Shown one piece after another: positions 1 through 11,600 of a stretch of 53,365 nt of DNA (its first letter is position 1; each line of letters starts with the position of its first letter). Location: NCBI RefSeq assembly GCF_006345805.1, contig NW_021833856.1, positions 1 to 53,365 on the forward strand, in the 5' to 3' direction. The translations under genes were made by a program, and so were the position numbers. The notes beneath the pieces were generated by a model. The model was not told the origin of the DNA. It searched no databases and worked only from the letters and a program-made list of their open reading frames with translations. Source of the stretch: Octopus sinensis (lineage: Eukaryota).

Positions 1-277
1 CCTGCATTCAAAAACAGTAATAATATTTATCCTCAAGTACTTCTCTGGGTATGTTTCAAATTAATCGTAGAGATCTGCACGGTCACACATACATACATAT
101 GTAAACAGCTTTTCAGTTCTCTGTGAGTTTATCACTGTGATCATATAATTTGGCTTCTCAAACGCCAGTTTGATATCGCATTAGCTGCACCGAGAGTAAA
201 TATCTTTGACCATATATATATATATATATATATACAAACGTAGATTATGAGATTTGGCAGGCGTAAAAACAGCAAAT

Positions 278-692
278 GGATCTTTTCGGTTTGAACGGCA
301 GTTTTTAACATAATTTCTAGGTAACTAAAGAATTTTAAACTTCGTATACTGGTAGAATGTGTGTTTAAAACATCTTTTTCTCTTGGCTTTATTGAGAAAA
401 TTCTATAGTTTGTAAAATATTTGTTGTTTTTTTTCTTCAATTTGTGCAGTTTCAACCAATCACTGACGTCTATTGAGGTAAAAAAAAACATTCTGTGCCG
501 TATGAATATGTCCCTCGTTTAAGAAACAGATTGGGTTTATTTACATTTGTGAAGAAAAAAAGATACCCTTCCCCCTAACCCTAACCCTAAAACAAATTGA
601 AATGCAATAGATCGATACTAAGGTCATAATTATGGGGGACAATTTCATATGACACCGCTAGAAAAAAACTGCCGTTCAAACCGAAAAGATCC
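278..692. mobile_element. Non-autonomous DNA transposon (MITE family M1, Merlin-like), complete
   Basis: ~28-bp TIRs GGATCTTTTCGGTTTGAACGGCAGTTTT; perfect 8-bp TSD CAGCAAAT (270-277, 693-700); internal (CCCTAA)n. Confidence 0.9.
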
Positions 693-1146
693 CAGCAAAT
701 AACAGTCGTAGAAATCTGCCAATCTGTTTTATAATTTCTACATATTTGTTTGTTTGTGTGTGTGTGTTTCATATTCCGCCGAGGTCGACTTTGCCTTTCG
801 TTCTTTCGACTACCCACCTACCTAGGAATTGCTGGCCTCGCGCCAAAATTTGAAACCATTGTATATTAAAGCCTGGTACCTGTATATATTCATATATATG
901 TCAGTTTGTTGAATAAGCTTATTAACTATGTGATGTAATGTTGAGTGGGGGAAAAAGAAATCCACTTCTATAATTCTGTTCATACACGCCCATACACATA
1001 CATAATATATGTAAACATAGCTATACATACATGAATATACGCGTATACCTTTATGCACAGTGACAATCTGCTTAGCACAAACCCTACTTAAGAGTTTCCC
1101 ATTTATCAAAAGTGTCAGCAGATGTCACCACAGAAACACACACACA

Positions 1147-1183
<37 letters not shown>

Positions 1184-1188
1184 ACACA

Positions 1189-1230
<42 letters not shown>

Positions 1231-1341
1231 CACACAAACACAGGAATTCTCATCCATACGTATACACACGCACAGACATATCTCACTTGATATATTTATC
1301 GAAATTTTACAATCATACACACAGGCAATGCGCGGACACGT

Positions 1342-1392
<51 letters not shown>

Positions 1393-1519
1393 TTCATTCT
1401 CTCTTTCTTTCATTCTCTCTCTCTCACACACACATACACACAACACTCACCCATGGTCCTATACACGTGTCTTAAATAAGGATGTTTCTTTTTCAGTCAC
1501 TTCCGATTACTAATCTTTT

Positions 1520-2300
1520 TTTAGCTACGGGGACACGTTCTGCTGTTTCCGTGTACAATAGTTTGGTGGTTTATTAAAGCGGATATTGCAAGAACTTCCT
1601 TTCATTGAGGTTATAAACACGGTGAAGCATGTACGACACCAACTCAGCCCTGCATTTATCCAGTAAGCCGTGTTTGGCGCATACATAGGTTGACCATACT
1701 GTAAGTCATGCATGTGGCAACGTTCAGCGTCTTCTGCATGTTTATCAATCCAAAACACTTCTGGTCTGGGGGCAAAAATGATGCATCAGTGTCCGAAATT
1801 CTTGTTGAATACAGGCAACAAATGATGCGTTCTCATCCAAAGCGTGACTCTCAAGAGAGAATACTTACGTTTGGTTTTAACTTTAAGGCAGCGATGCTTG
1901 AAAAATGTGGCACATGGTCTAAAGTGGAAGTAGAACTCACTGCAGCAGTGACAAAACTGTGCTTTGGAGAATTTAAAGGAGCCTAGGGACAACTTCGCAG
2001 CATTATTTGAGGCTGTGCACATATATATCGAAGGGATCAGAGAAGGTGTCGTTAACCTTTCACTGGCGGAAACAATCAAGTTTTCAGTTTTGGTTGGCAA
2101 ACTATTAGGGGGATCCCGAAAAAGTTATTCCCTGCTAAGCAAATCTGGTGTCTTGGTTACATCAATGAACGCACATAGAGAGGAATTTGTTGTCTTCACT
2201 GTACCTGAAGTTGCCAAAGAAGAAAATCATACTTCCTGTTGATCATTCACCCATGTGTGTATGTGTTAACACAAGGGTTGTGTGAAGAAGCGTTTCGTGC
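1520..2300 (-). mobile_element. Possible heavily decayed hAT transposase
   Basis: Minus-strand patches CTASNNAAKL (cf. VTDNAAN), ATFFKH and TLNVATCMTYSM (cf. VxTRWNSTYxM) in the expected order; weak. Confidence 0.3.
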
Positions 2301-2742
2301 AGTTGTACAGTACTTGTAGTGATTGTAACACGTGTTGTCATAACATGTTGCATACCGTTTTGTGCTCTTTGCATGCAAAATTTTCGATTGCTGCTACTGT
2401 CGATGTAAAAATAGGACCCAAAAAGCTTCCTCCAACAGGTACACGACCTCCTCACTTCTCCCGGGTCACATAGAGAAATTTCGTATCTTACGGTCTCAAG
2501 TTAATAAAAAGGATCTTGGAGCAGTTGAGGTACCTAGAAACGTGGTGCAAAAGGCCACCACGGCATCTCTGGTGCCCTTTCGGTATCTAATATAATCAGA
2601 GGAAGCGCATTGCGATTAGTATAATGTTGGTTCCAAATTCTGTCACAAGATCAGCAGTTTCTGATGGTTTTTATCTGTGAATTTGCTAAAGTATGTTGTA
2701 TGTGAGTTGTGTTGTTTCATTGGACAGTGATTGTGTATCGTA

Positions 2743-3551
2743 CTCGGTGTCCTAAAAGTCACTGATGAGTTTCAGTTTTTAATAACTTCCTTAACTTTAC
2801 AAATAAATGCGTGAAATTTTGATGCAATATAAAGGACATAATGGAAATTAAGTCAAATTTTGCAACACCACTACATCACATATGGAAAATGACATGGCTT
2901 AAATGACAACTATTTTTGGCTTCGCACACCCGTGCTCTTTCCAAAACTTGCACCATACACCCTCAAGTGTTTCAGACCTCACTTCTCTAACCCACAAGAA
3001 GAAATCCGGGCTTGTCAAGTCTGGGAAAGCTGAAGGCCATTCAAAATAGACCTCCCACATGGTTCCAGCAAGATGGGGCAACTGCTCATACTGCAAGAGA
3101 AACAATGCATTTGCTATGGAAGTACTTTGGAGAAAGAATAGTCTCCTGCTACGGTAATGTCAACTGGTCTTCACGTTCCCCCAGACTTGACTAGCCTGGA
3201 TTTTTTCTTGTGGGAATACCTGAAAGAGAGGGTTTACGTGAACAAACCGAAGACCCTGCTGCAACTGAAGTAGAAAAGTAACAGAAATCAGAGAAGTAGG
3301 GTCTGAAATTCTTGAGGGTGTTATTGTGCAAGTTTTGGAAAGATCATGGGCGTGCGAAGCAGAAAATGGCTGCCATTTAAGCGATGTCTTCTTTCATACG
3401 TGATGTAAAATTTGACTTGTTGCAAAATTTGACTTGTGCATATTAATTTCCATTCAGTCCTTTATATTGTATCAAACTTCCATGCATTTATCGGTGTAGT
3501 TAAGGAAGTTATTAAAAACCAAACCCCATCAGTGACTTTTGGAACACCCTG
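2743..3551. mobile_element. Tc1/mariner DD41D (rosa-type) relic made of two transposase 3' ends in inverted orientation
   Basis: Plus strand WFQQDGATAHTA...WSSRSP[frameshift]DLTSLDFFLWEYLKERVYVNKP has 41 residues between the 2nd and 3rd D. 2743-3030 is a diverged reverse-complement of 3163-3551. TA at 2741-2742 and 3552-3553. Confidence 0.85.
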
Positions 3552-4962
3552 TATAAGATTTGTTACGTGTCAAAGCACCTAACACACGGTTGTGAAGCGT
3601 TTGAACTCCGTGGATAATGTTGCATTATAGAACAAAACTTGTAGAATGTGAGATTACATCGATTCCAGTAGTCAACTGGTATTTATTTTATCGACCTCGA
3701 AAGGATGAAAAGCGAAGTCGAATTCGGCGGAATTTGAACACAGAACGTAAAAATGGATGAAATGCCCGTAAGCATTTTGTCCAGCATCCTTACGATTCTA
3801 CCAGCTCGTCGCCCTTATTGTTAATCTAATATTGATTTCTGTTATTGACAAATGGTCAGCTATATTTTTTAAGTGTCGAGTCCACTTCTATTTGCAATTG
3901 CTTTTAGTACTGTTGAGCATCTTTTAGTACCGTTGGATATCTACCACCCTCTTTTATCACTCACGTTGACATCTTTTATCTTTTGTTTCAGTCATTTGAC
4001 TGCGGCCATGCTAGAGTACTGCTTTAAAGGGTGGGGCTGAACCCTGAACCTTGTGGTTTGGAAGTAAACTTCTTACCACGAGCTTACATATTTGTAGCTT
4101 TAGTATAAATAAAGAAACTGAAATATTTCAGTAATTTTTAGCATATTACCGTTAATTTGAGGTTTGGATAAAGAGAGAGGGAAGAAAAAGAGCAGGTATT
4201 AAGAAGTGGGGGAGGAGAAAGAGGTAGCGGGAAGAGAAAAAATTGAGTTATCGCAGTAGTGGGATAAATTACTATTGATGAGCGGTTAACGAAAGAGTGT
4301 GCAGTAGAAATGAATAGAGTTTGAATACAATGAAACGCCGTGGAAAAGCTGAAAAGAACAATCAGATATGATACTCCTCTCTACAGACTAAGGATCGAGC
4401 ATCAGTGATAAAGCAATATTAGTACCAAAGGGCAATCGTTATCTCCATCATAACGTGGAGTCTGTGTTAAGATACAGATTACTGAGAACATCTCATATGG
4501 AGTCATGGTGCATAAAAACACTCGTAATTATATTGTTGACAGGAGAGAACCTTCTGCTACGGCCACCGTAACTACCCGATCACGTAATTTCGCCCTGCTA
4601 TGGGCTCCTCGGTGACAGATATCCAGCAGCGACATTACAGGTGAATCACGTGATCTAGTAGTTCCGGTGGTCGTGGCAGACGATTCTGGTCTGCCAACGA
4701 AATAATCACAAATGCTTTTATGCCCCACGAGTCCATACGACAGATCCTCCCAAGAGGATAAATTCTTACACTTCCTCCACATTAAGTAGGAAATCAAGAT
4801 TGCTTTTGGTATTTGTACTGATTTTCTCGCTATTAATTATTTTTAATTATCCCACTGGCTATTTGCGACACCACTAGCTGAATAGACATGATATTCTATA
4901 ACTCGTTGGTAGGATATTCGGCTGGTATGTCGCTACTGGATTGTGTGTGGTGTGTATGTATA

Positions 4963-5360
4963 TACTCCTTACTCTTTTACTTGTTTCAGTCATTTGACTG
5001 CGGCCATGCTGGAGCACCACCTTTAGTCGAGCTACTCGACCCCGGGACTTATTCTTTGTAAGCCCAGTACTTATTCTATCGTTCTCTTTTGCCGAACCGC
5101 TAAGTGACGGGGACATAAACACACCAGCATCGGTTGTCAAGCAATGCTAAGGGGACAAACACAGACAGACATACACACATGTATATATATACATATATAC
5201 GACGGGCTTCTTTCAGTTTCCGTCTACCAAATCCACTCACAAGGCTTTGGTCGGCCCGAGACTATAGTAGAAGACACTTGCCCAAGGTGCCACGCAGTGG
5301 GACTGAACCCGGAAGCATGTGGTTGGTAAACAAGCTACTTACCACACAGCCACTCCTGCG

Positions 5361-5362
<2 letters not shown>
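4963..5362 (-). mobile_element. tRNA-derived SINE family B, full length
   Basis: A box TGGCTGTGTGGTAAG, B box GGTTCAGTCCC, CORE-like CTTGGGCAAGTG, internal TA/TG microsatellite, (TAAAAGAG)n tail. Confidence 0.9.
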
Positions 5363-5444
<82 letters not shown>

Positions 5445-5766
5445 ACACACATACAAGTGAATGAACAAACGAAAAAAGTGACACTTAACACATTTGGTTG
5501 ACTCCGCTCGATATGACAAACAAATTCGCATACGCGTTGGGGGATGGACTCATCCCATCAAATGTACCACACACGCGCGCCCACGTACACACACAAACAA
5601 ACACATATATTAATTTATATATAAGACTGGCTTCTTCCAGTTTCCGTCTACCAAATCTACTCACAGGGCTTTGGTCACCCCCGGGATTTTAGTAGAAGAC
5701 ACTTACCCAAGGCACCACGCAGTGGAACAAAACCCGAAAACATGTGATTGAGAAGCAAGCATCATA

Positions 5767-6001
5767 CCTATTTCTTTATTACCCACAAGGGGCTAAACAC
5801 AGAGGGGACAAACAAGGACAGACAAACGGATTAAGTCGATTATATCGACTCCAGTGCGTAACTGGTACTTATTTAATCGACCCTGAAAGGATGAAAGGCA
5901 AAGTCGACGTCGGCGGAATTTGAACTCAGAACGTAGAGGCAGACGAAATACGGTTACGCATTTCGACCGGCGTGCTAACGTTTCTGCCAGCTCGCCGCCT
6001 T
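5767..6001 (-). mobile_element. tRNA-derived SINE family A, full length
   Basis: Head GGCGGCGAGCTGGCAGAAACGTTAGC, B box GAGTTCAAATTCC, body GTCGACTTTGCCTTTCATCCTTTC.GGGTCGAT. Confidence 0.9.
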
Positions 6002-6344
6002 CACACAGTTACTCCTGCATGTGTGTGTGTGTGTGTGGTGTGTGTGTGCGCCTGTACACTTAAACACTCCTCTCCCCTACACATGCGCACACGCACACCA
6101 GTCAAAAATAATTAACAATTTTGAAAGAGGATGAAAAGGGGAGATAATTTCAAAAAGTTAAGAATATCAACTGGGAAAATGGTTCATCTATTTTGGAGAG
6201 AAAGCTGCTATAGAGACATTTACTTCTGAGTTTGGTCTTAACAGCGTTGCGTAGACGTATACGTCTCCAAAATGATATGGGAAACAGATAGAGTTTAGAA
6301 AATTCTTGGCCAAGTGTATTATGCGTGTATGTATATGTTTGTTT

Positions 6345-6380
<36 letters not shown>

Positions 6381-7274
6381 TGTATTGTTTTTTATATATG
6401 TGACTTGTCAATGAGTATACGTGTATTTACGTTTGTATGTTATCAGTCTGACTCAATAATATTAGTAATAATCTGTTTAAGAAAGGGATTTAATTGCTGG
6501 TTATCATTGAACAACTTAAGTCTTTTTTTTATGTTTGCTGTCAAACCGCAAGAGCTATGGCTATTGTCGTGCTGTTATCGTAGTTCTTGCTGCTACTCTC
6601 CAATTCGTTGTCACTGTTTTTGTCCAGTTTTTCTTCCTTACTCTCTCATTTAACGTTCTGTCACCATAATTTTGGAAGCAGGTGCGCTGCGTTTGGATTA
6701 CAAGAAGTTACCGTATCCTAGCAACTTGAGTGTGTGTACTTGTTTGCGTCTGTATGAGTCTTCAGTCTACACGTGAGAGGGGTTATGGTAGTAGTACATG
6801 CGCAGTGTGTGAATGGGAAGAGGGAATTATTAAGATTATGAAAAGGCTAATATGACGAGTGGTAGGGAAAAAAATCACTGAATATCAGACAAGGTCATGT
6901 GACTTAAGGAGAAGGGTCATTTAGTGCGTTCGTCTTTAGCTGTCAATATAGAGCAAAATATTTGACAGTTGTATTGTGGTTTGTTGTGATTGTTTTTGTT
7001 ATTTTTGTTGTTGCAACATCTCTTCTTTCTCCGTACAACTTCGATCGCTAAGGATTTTTTCAGTTTAGTACTGTACACTAAGGACACTCGTTAATTATAT
7101 GGAGTGTATCTGTCGACTACACCATCTGTAATGCTATTTTTAGGAAGGGTGGTAGAGTGCTACGTTTAGTTAGGTTATCTTTACATTCTGAGTTCAAATC
7201 CAATCGCACTCACTCTGAATAGGTTTACTCCATCATAGCGCTTTCCGCTAAAGGTCATTATTAGAGTAGTAGAG

Positions 7275-8160
7275 AGGACGGCGTACCGGTTGGATCGTTA
7301 GCACGCCGGACAAAATGCTTAGCTGCATTTCATCCGTCTTCACGTTCTGAGTTCAAAGTCCGCTGCCGAGGTCGACGTTGCTTTTCATCCTTTAGGGAGT
7401 CGATAAAACAAATACCAATTGAATACTGGGTAATCGACTTACACCTTCCCTTGAAATTACTGGCCTTGTGCCAAAATGTGAAATAATTACTAGTGGGGTG
7501 GATGACAAAACCGGTAGATATCTGGAATTTAAGCTTTGATGTTTTTAAGTTAGGTGGTAATTGATGATAGAATCGTGATTTAATCATGTTTTGAGTTCAA
7601 GTCCAGCTAAGGTCTGCTTTGCTTTTCTTCCTTTCGGAGCTGATAAAATAATGTAACTGTCGAGTTCAGGGATTGATGTGATCGAATAACCCGATTCCCC
7701 TAAAATTGCTGGTCATTGCCGAAACTTTGAAACTGTTGTTGTTGTTAGGGCAGCGAGCTGGCAGAAACGTTAGCACGCCGGGCGAAGTGCTTAGCGGTAT
7801 TTCGTCTGCCGCTACGTTCTGAGTTCAAATTCCGCCGAGGTCGACTTTGCCTTTCATCCTTTCGGGGTCGATTAAATAAGTACCAGTTACGCACTGGGGT
7901 CGATATAATCGACTTAAAACTATGTCTGTCCTTGTTTGTCCTCTCTGCGTTTAGCCCCTTGCGGGTAGTAAAGAAAGAGGTATTTCGTCTGCCGTTACGT
8001 TCTGAGTTCAAATTCCGCCAAGGTCGACTTTGCCTTTCATCCTTTCAGGGTCGATTAAATCAGTACCAGTTACGCATTGGGGTCGATGTAATCCACTTAA
8101 ACGCTTAGTCCTTGTTTGTCCCCTCTATGTTTATCCCCCTGTGGGCAATAAAGAAATAAT
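7275..8160 (+). mobile_element. Stack of four SINE-A copies/fragments (7275, 7585, 7748, 7980)
   Basis: Repeated family-A body; 7748-7979 and 7980-8160 are in direct tandem. Confidence 0.88.
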
Positions 8161-8164
8161 TATT

Positions 8165-8716
8165 ATTGTATTAAAATTCATAGCTTATATTGCTGGGTAT
8201 GATGGGAAGTGTTCGCTGACCACAGTCAGCAGACTAAGGTAACACATGTTTTACCTGTCATACTTCAAGAATCTGACAAAGAATTCTTGCACTTCCAAGC
8301 AATGCTAGATTTTGTAGGTGCTCTATCTTCACACTTGCACCGATCTTTTTCAACCATGCTGGTAATTGAGTGCTGATAAGTGCACCAACTTTTATTGCTG
8401 TCACATCTACTCTCTTCATTGACCACGACCTTCATATTTCCTTCTTAAAATTGTCATAGTTGTTTATATTTTCTTCCTCTATTACATTGATCCTGTTGTC
8501 ACCGGGGCATACTATGCCTGTTATCATACATGTTCTTTGTTTTTTATTCACCACAACAATGTCCAGTTTCTTATGTCTGGTCAGGTGATCGCACTAGATC
8601 ATTGCATCCCACAGGATTTTGCAATTTTCATTTTCGGGGACCTCATCTGGCGTTTGCTGATACCACGTCTTTGCTCTTTGTATGCCGTGATTTCCACTGA
8701 GTTCCCCACGAATCTG
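8165..8716 (-). mobile_element. R4/Dong-clade non-LTR retrotransposon, 3' fragment (restriction-like endonuclease domain)
   Basis: One frame with two stops: KTWYQQTPDEVPENENCKILWDAMI*CD...KLDIVVVNK...LQNLALLGSARILCQILEV*; (TAA)-like tail. Confidence 0.85.
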
Positions 8717-8769
8717 TTGTTATTATTATTATTATTATTATCATCATCATCATCATCATCATCATTACT

Positions 8770-8935
8770 AAGGTGGAGAGCTGGTTGGCAGAATCGTTAG
8801 GACGTCGGGCAAAATGCTTAGCGTTATGTCGTCTGTCTTTACATTCTGAGTTCAAATTCCGCCAAAGTCAACTTTACCTTTCGTCCTTTCGAAATCGACT
8901 GGCCCCCTCCTCCAGGCCTTGTGTCTATAGCAGAA
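8770..8935 (+). mobile_element. SINE family A, diverged
   Basis: ggagagctggttggcagaatcgttagga...ctgagttcaaattccgcc. Confidence 0.85.
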
Positions 8936-8944
8936 TGGATTTTT

Positions 8945-9510
8945 ATTATTGTTAATTACGATCTATATGGGTAAGTCTTCTCAAACCTTAAGTATCTTTC
9001 TTAAGATTCTTGCAGAATGCTGTACTGCACTTTTCTGCTGGTCGACAATGGAAGTCTCAATTCCAGTATACTTCAGTCTCTTAGTAGCATTTTGGGTGTT
9101 TTGTCAAGTACACCACTTGTCACATGAATAATTGTTATCTTATTTTTCTGCAATCGCTTCAAATCTCTAGTTTGGTCCAGATATCTCTTTAGTATCAACA
9201 CTGTTATCACTTGTTTTTCTCATGCCTATGGTCTTACATTTAATGTTGCTTTTGTCAGTAATTGTATCTAGTTTCATTACATACATCATTAGTACGGTTA
9301 TTCTGTTTGGGCAAGTCCTATAAAATCCTTTAAAATCTTATTCTTTATCAGGGCCTTGTCCTTTCGTTCGTGTTCATACCACTTTTCTGTTTTATTTCGA
9401 AACCACACTCTCGGCTAACATCCCAATGCAGTTTTTACCTACATTGTCATGCCTGCGCTGATACTCTTTTCCTGCTAGCTTACTGCATTCAATTAAGACA
9501 TGATTGCTGG
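8945..9510 (-). mobile_element. R4/Dong-clade 3' fragment, more decayed
   Basis: HVLIECSKLAGKEYQRRHDNVGK (end of CCHC knuckle), WYEH, and C-terminal QKSAVQHSARILRKIL. Confidence 0.75.
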
Positions 9511-9514
9511 CAGA

Positions 9515-9980
9515 AAGGTGGTGAGCAGGCAGAATCGTTATGATAGCATACCGGACAAATTGCTTAGGTATTTCGTCCGTCTTCATGTTCTGAGTTCAAA
9601 TCTGCCGAGGTCAGCTTTCATCCTTTCGATAAAATAAATACCAGTCTAGCACTGGGGATCAGTGTTAGCGACTAGCTCCCTACTCCCAAATTTCCGAACT
9701 TGTGTCTCTAGTAGTAAAGATCATTATTGTTGCTGCTGCTGTTGTTGTTGTTCTTATTCTTGTTGCTGTTCTTGTTGAGGTGTTGGGTGGCAGAATCGTT
9801 GGCATGCTGAGGGATATGCTCAGTGGCATTTTGTCTGTCTTCATGTTCCAAGGTCGATTTCGCCTTTCATATTTTCGGGGTCTAAGAAGATAAGTACCAT
9901 TCAAGTACTGGGGTCGATATAATCGTCTCCCCACCACCACCCGAAAAATACTGACCCTGTGTCAAAATTTGAAACCATAG
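9515..9980 (+). mobile_element. Two diverged SINE-A copies (9515-9720, 9780-9980) just upstream of the Cdx acceptor
   Basis: Family-A head/body motifs, each followed by TTA/TTG/TCA triplet repeats. Confidence 0.8.
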
Positions 9981-10080
9981 TTATTATTATCATCATCATC
10001 ATCATCATTATTATTATTATTATTATTATTATTTTGTTATTATTATTATTATTAGCATTGTTATTGTTATCTAATTGTAG

Positions 10081-10406
10081 GCAGAACACGGACGAAGGAC
10101 AAATACCGGAGTGTGTACACAGATCATCAGCGACTTGAATTGGAAAAAGAGTTCCACTATAACGTCTACATCGATGTTGTCCGTAAAGCTGAACTGGCCC
10201 AGGAATTAGGATTATCTCAAAGGCAGATTAAGATATGGTTTCAAAACAGACGTGCCAAAGACAGAAAACTACGCCAAAGGCAAGCAACTCGTGATGTTTC
10301 AGTGAAATTAGAACCAAAAGATTCTTTACTTTTATCTAGTTCCTTACCATCTCCACAAGATTCTCCAAGAAGTCGAAATTCTTGTGATGAATCGGTCATT
10401 GTATAG
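10081..10406 (+). CDS. Cdx: Terminal coding exon of a Cdx/caudal (ParaHox) homeobox gene; homeobox 10095-10274
   Basis: After acceptor ttgtag (AG 10079-10080) the frame reads (G)[62 protein letters not shown] plus a Ser/Pro-rich tail to TAG 10404-10406. [22 protein letters not shown] and RRAK-RK are Cdx-diagnostic; a phase-1 intron splitting the Gly codon before TRTKDKY is the usual Cdx arrangement. Confidence 0.93.
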
Positions 10407-10714
10407 ATTTTGAAATTGTACCGTGATGTAGATTATTCAATTCTCTTGATATATGTCCAAGTAGCCAGAAACACTAACTCGATACACTTCTAGTTCCATT
10501 AAGAATGAAACTAGAATATGATACCTTTGATATTACAAAACACAAACTTAGAAATTACATTGATAATTTCTTTAAAAAGTTGTTTTATTTTTTCCACTTT
10601 TTTAAATATTATTTTTTCTTTTACGGTTGTGATAACTAAGAATACCTGATTTTTTTTTCGGCTATTTGTATATAGCCTAAGGCTATTCCATTAAATTATG
10701 CTTTAATTGGCATC

Positions 10715-11030
10715 TTCAGCTCATATGTCGAATTTGGTGCACCTCAAACTTCGGTTTATACCACTTGCAACTATTTACCACACACATTCTTATGTAAATG
10801 TTACTCAGACACACTCCAGCCTCCCTTCTTCAGGCGAGCGGTCTTCTTTCTCTCACTGTTTTCTACTGCAACTATGCTCACTCCTGCTCTCTTCGGATTA
10901 GGCTTGTCTTACAATACCTCAGACACTCCCGACCCATTCGTCTCTCATACTCTAGTCACCTTGGTTGTGTCCAACTCCCCCAGGCCCTTACTTAATAACC
11001 ACTACACTCAGTCATTGCTGTTTTTTGTAC
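10715..11030 (+). mobile_element. Old LINE 3' remnant (CR1/Jockey-like) in the putative Cdx 3' UTR
   Basis: LSLTVFYCNYAHSCS...RHSRPIRLSYSSHLGCVQLP resembles the post-RT tail of these LINEs. Confidence 0.5.
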
Positions 11031-11379
11031 TGCAAAGTAAATAACATTTTCTCTAAATATACGTAATCCAGGCACAACCTACAATCCACTAATCTATGTT
11101 ACTTTTATAAACATAGACCCTGAAAAACTTCCTAAGCTAGAGATATGACAGTCTTGTGATATTCTATGGCACTAAGACGGAGTCATTAGTATAATAAAAA
11201 AGTACCAATTCAACCTTGACTTGCAGTGGTGTATTTCTCCTGGTACGTCAGTTCAGGCCCTGAAGAGCCAAGACGTTCCTAGTTATCAGTGCGACACGTC
11301 TTTGAAAAGACGCGCTGACCTCTTCAATTCTGAGGACCGTCTTCTCCTTCAAAGTCCCTGGTTCGCTTTTCTGTTGATC

Positions 11380-11600
11380 ACATATCAGTATAGCTATTGC
11401 TGACTTTCTATAAATTTCGGGACCTACGTTGAATACTGTTCACACATCTGGTACGAAGCAGCTCTTACGTATACAAACATTTTAGAACTACTCGAGTGAT
11501 TACCAATATTTTGCTCTCACAGTAACATGCTAAATTCAGTAACCCACCGATTGCCTGTATCAGCTCTTGTCTTTTTTAATGTTAAAGCGATAGTTTAACT
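11380..11600 (+). mobile_element. Second old LINE remnant (CR1/Jockey-like)
   Basis: VEYCSHIWY...THRLPVSALVFF matches the LEYCSHIW...HRR.V.SL.LFY motif. Confidence 0.5.

Noticed and set aside
141-491. ORFs from MITE, SINE and (TA)n/(CA)n/(GATA)n sequence throughout the ORF track
   Set aside because: The same peptides recur wherever the repeats recur (e.g. [25 protein letters not shown]); they are non-coding artefacts.
4528-4800. GC-richer unique stretch tested as Cdx exon 1
   Set aside because: All three plus frames have stops, there is no YxWM motif, and the CAG|GTGAAT donor gives the wrong phase from the nearest ATG.
7496-7530. WMTKP reading as a possible hexapeptide
   Set aside because: No aromatic residue before WM, it abuts a SINE end, and there is no phase-1 donor.
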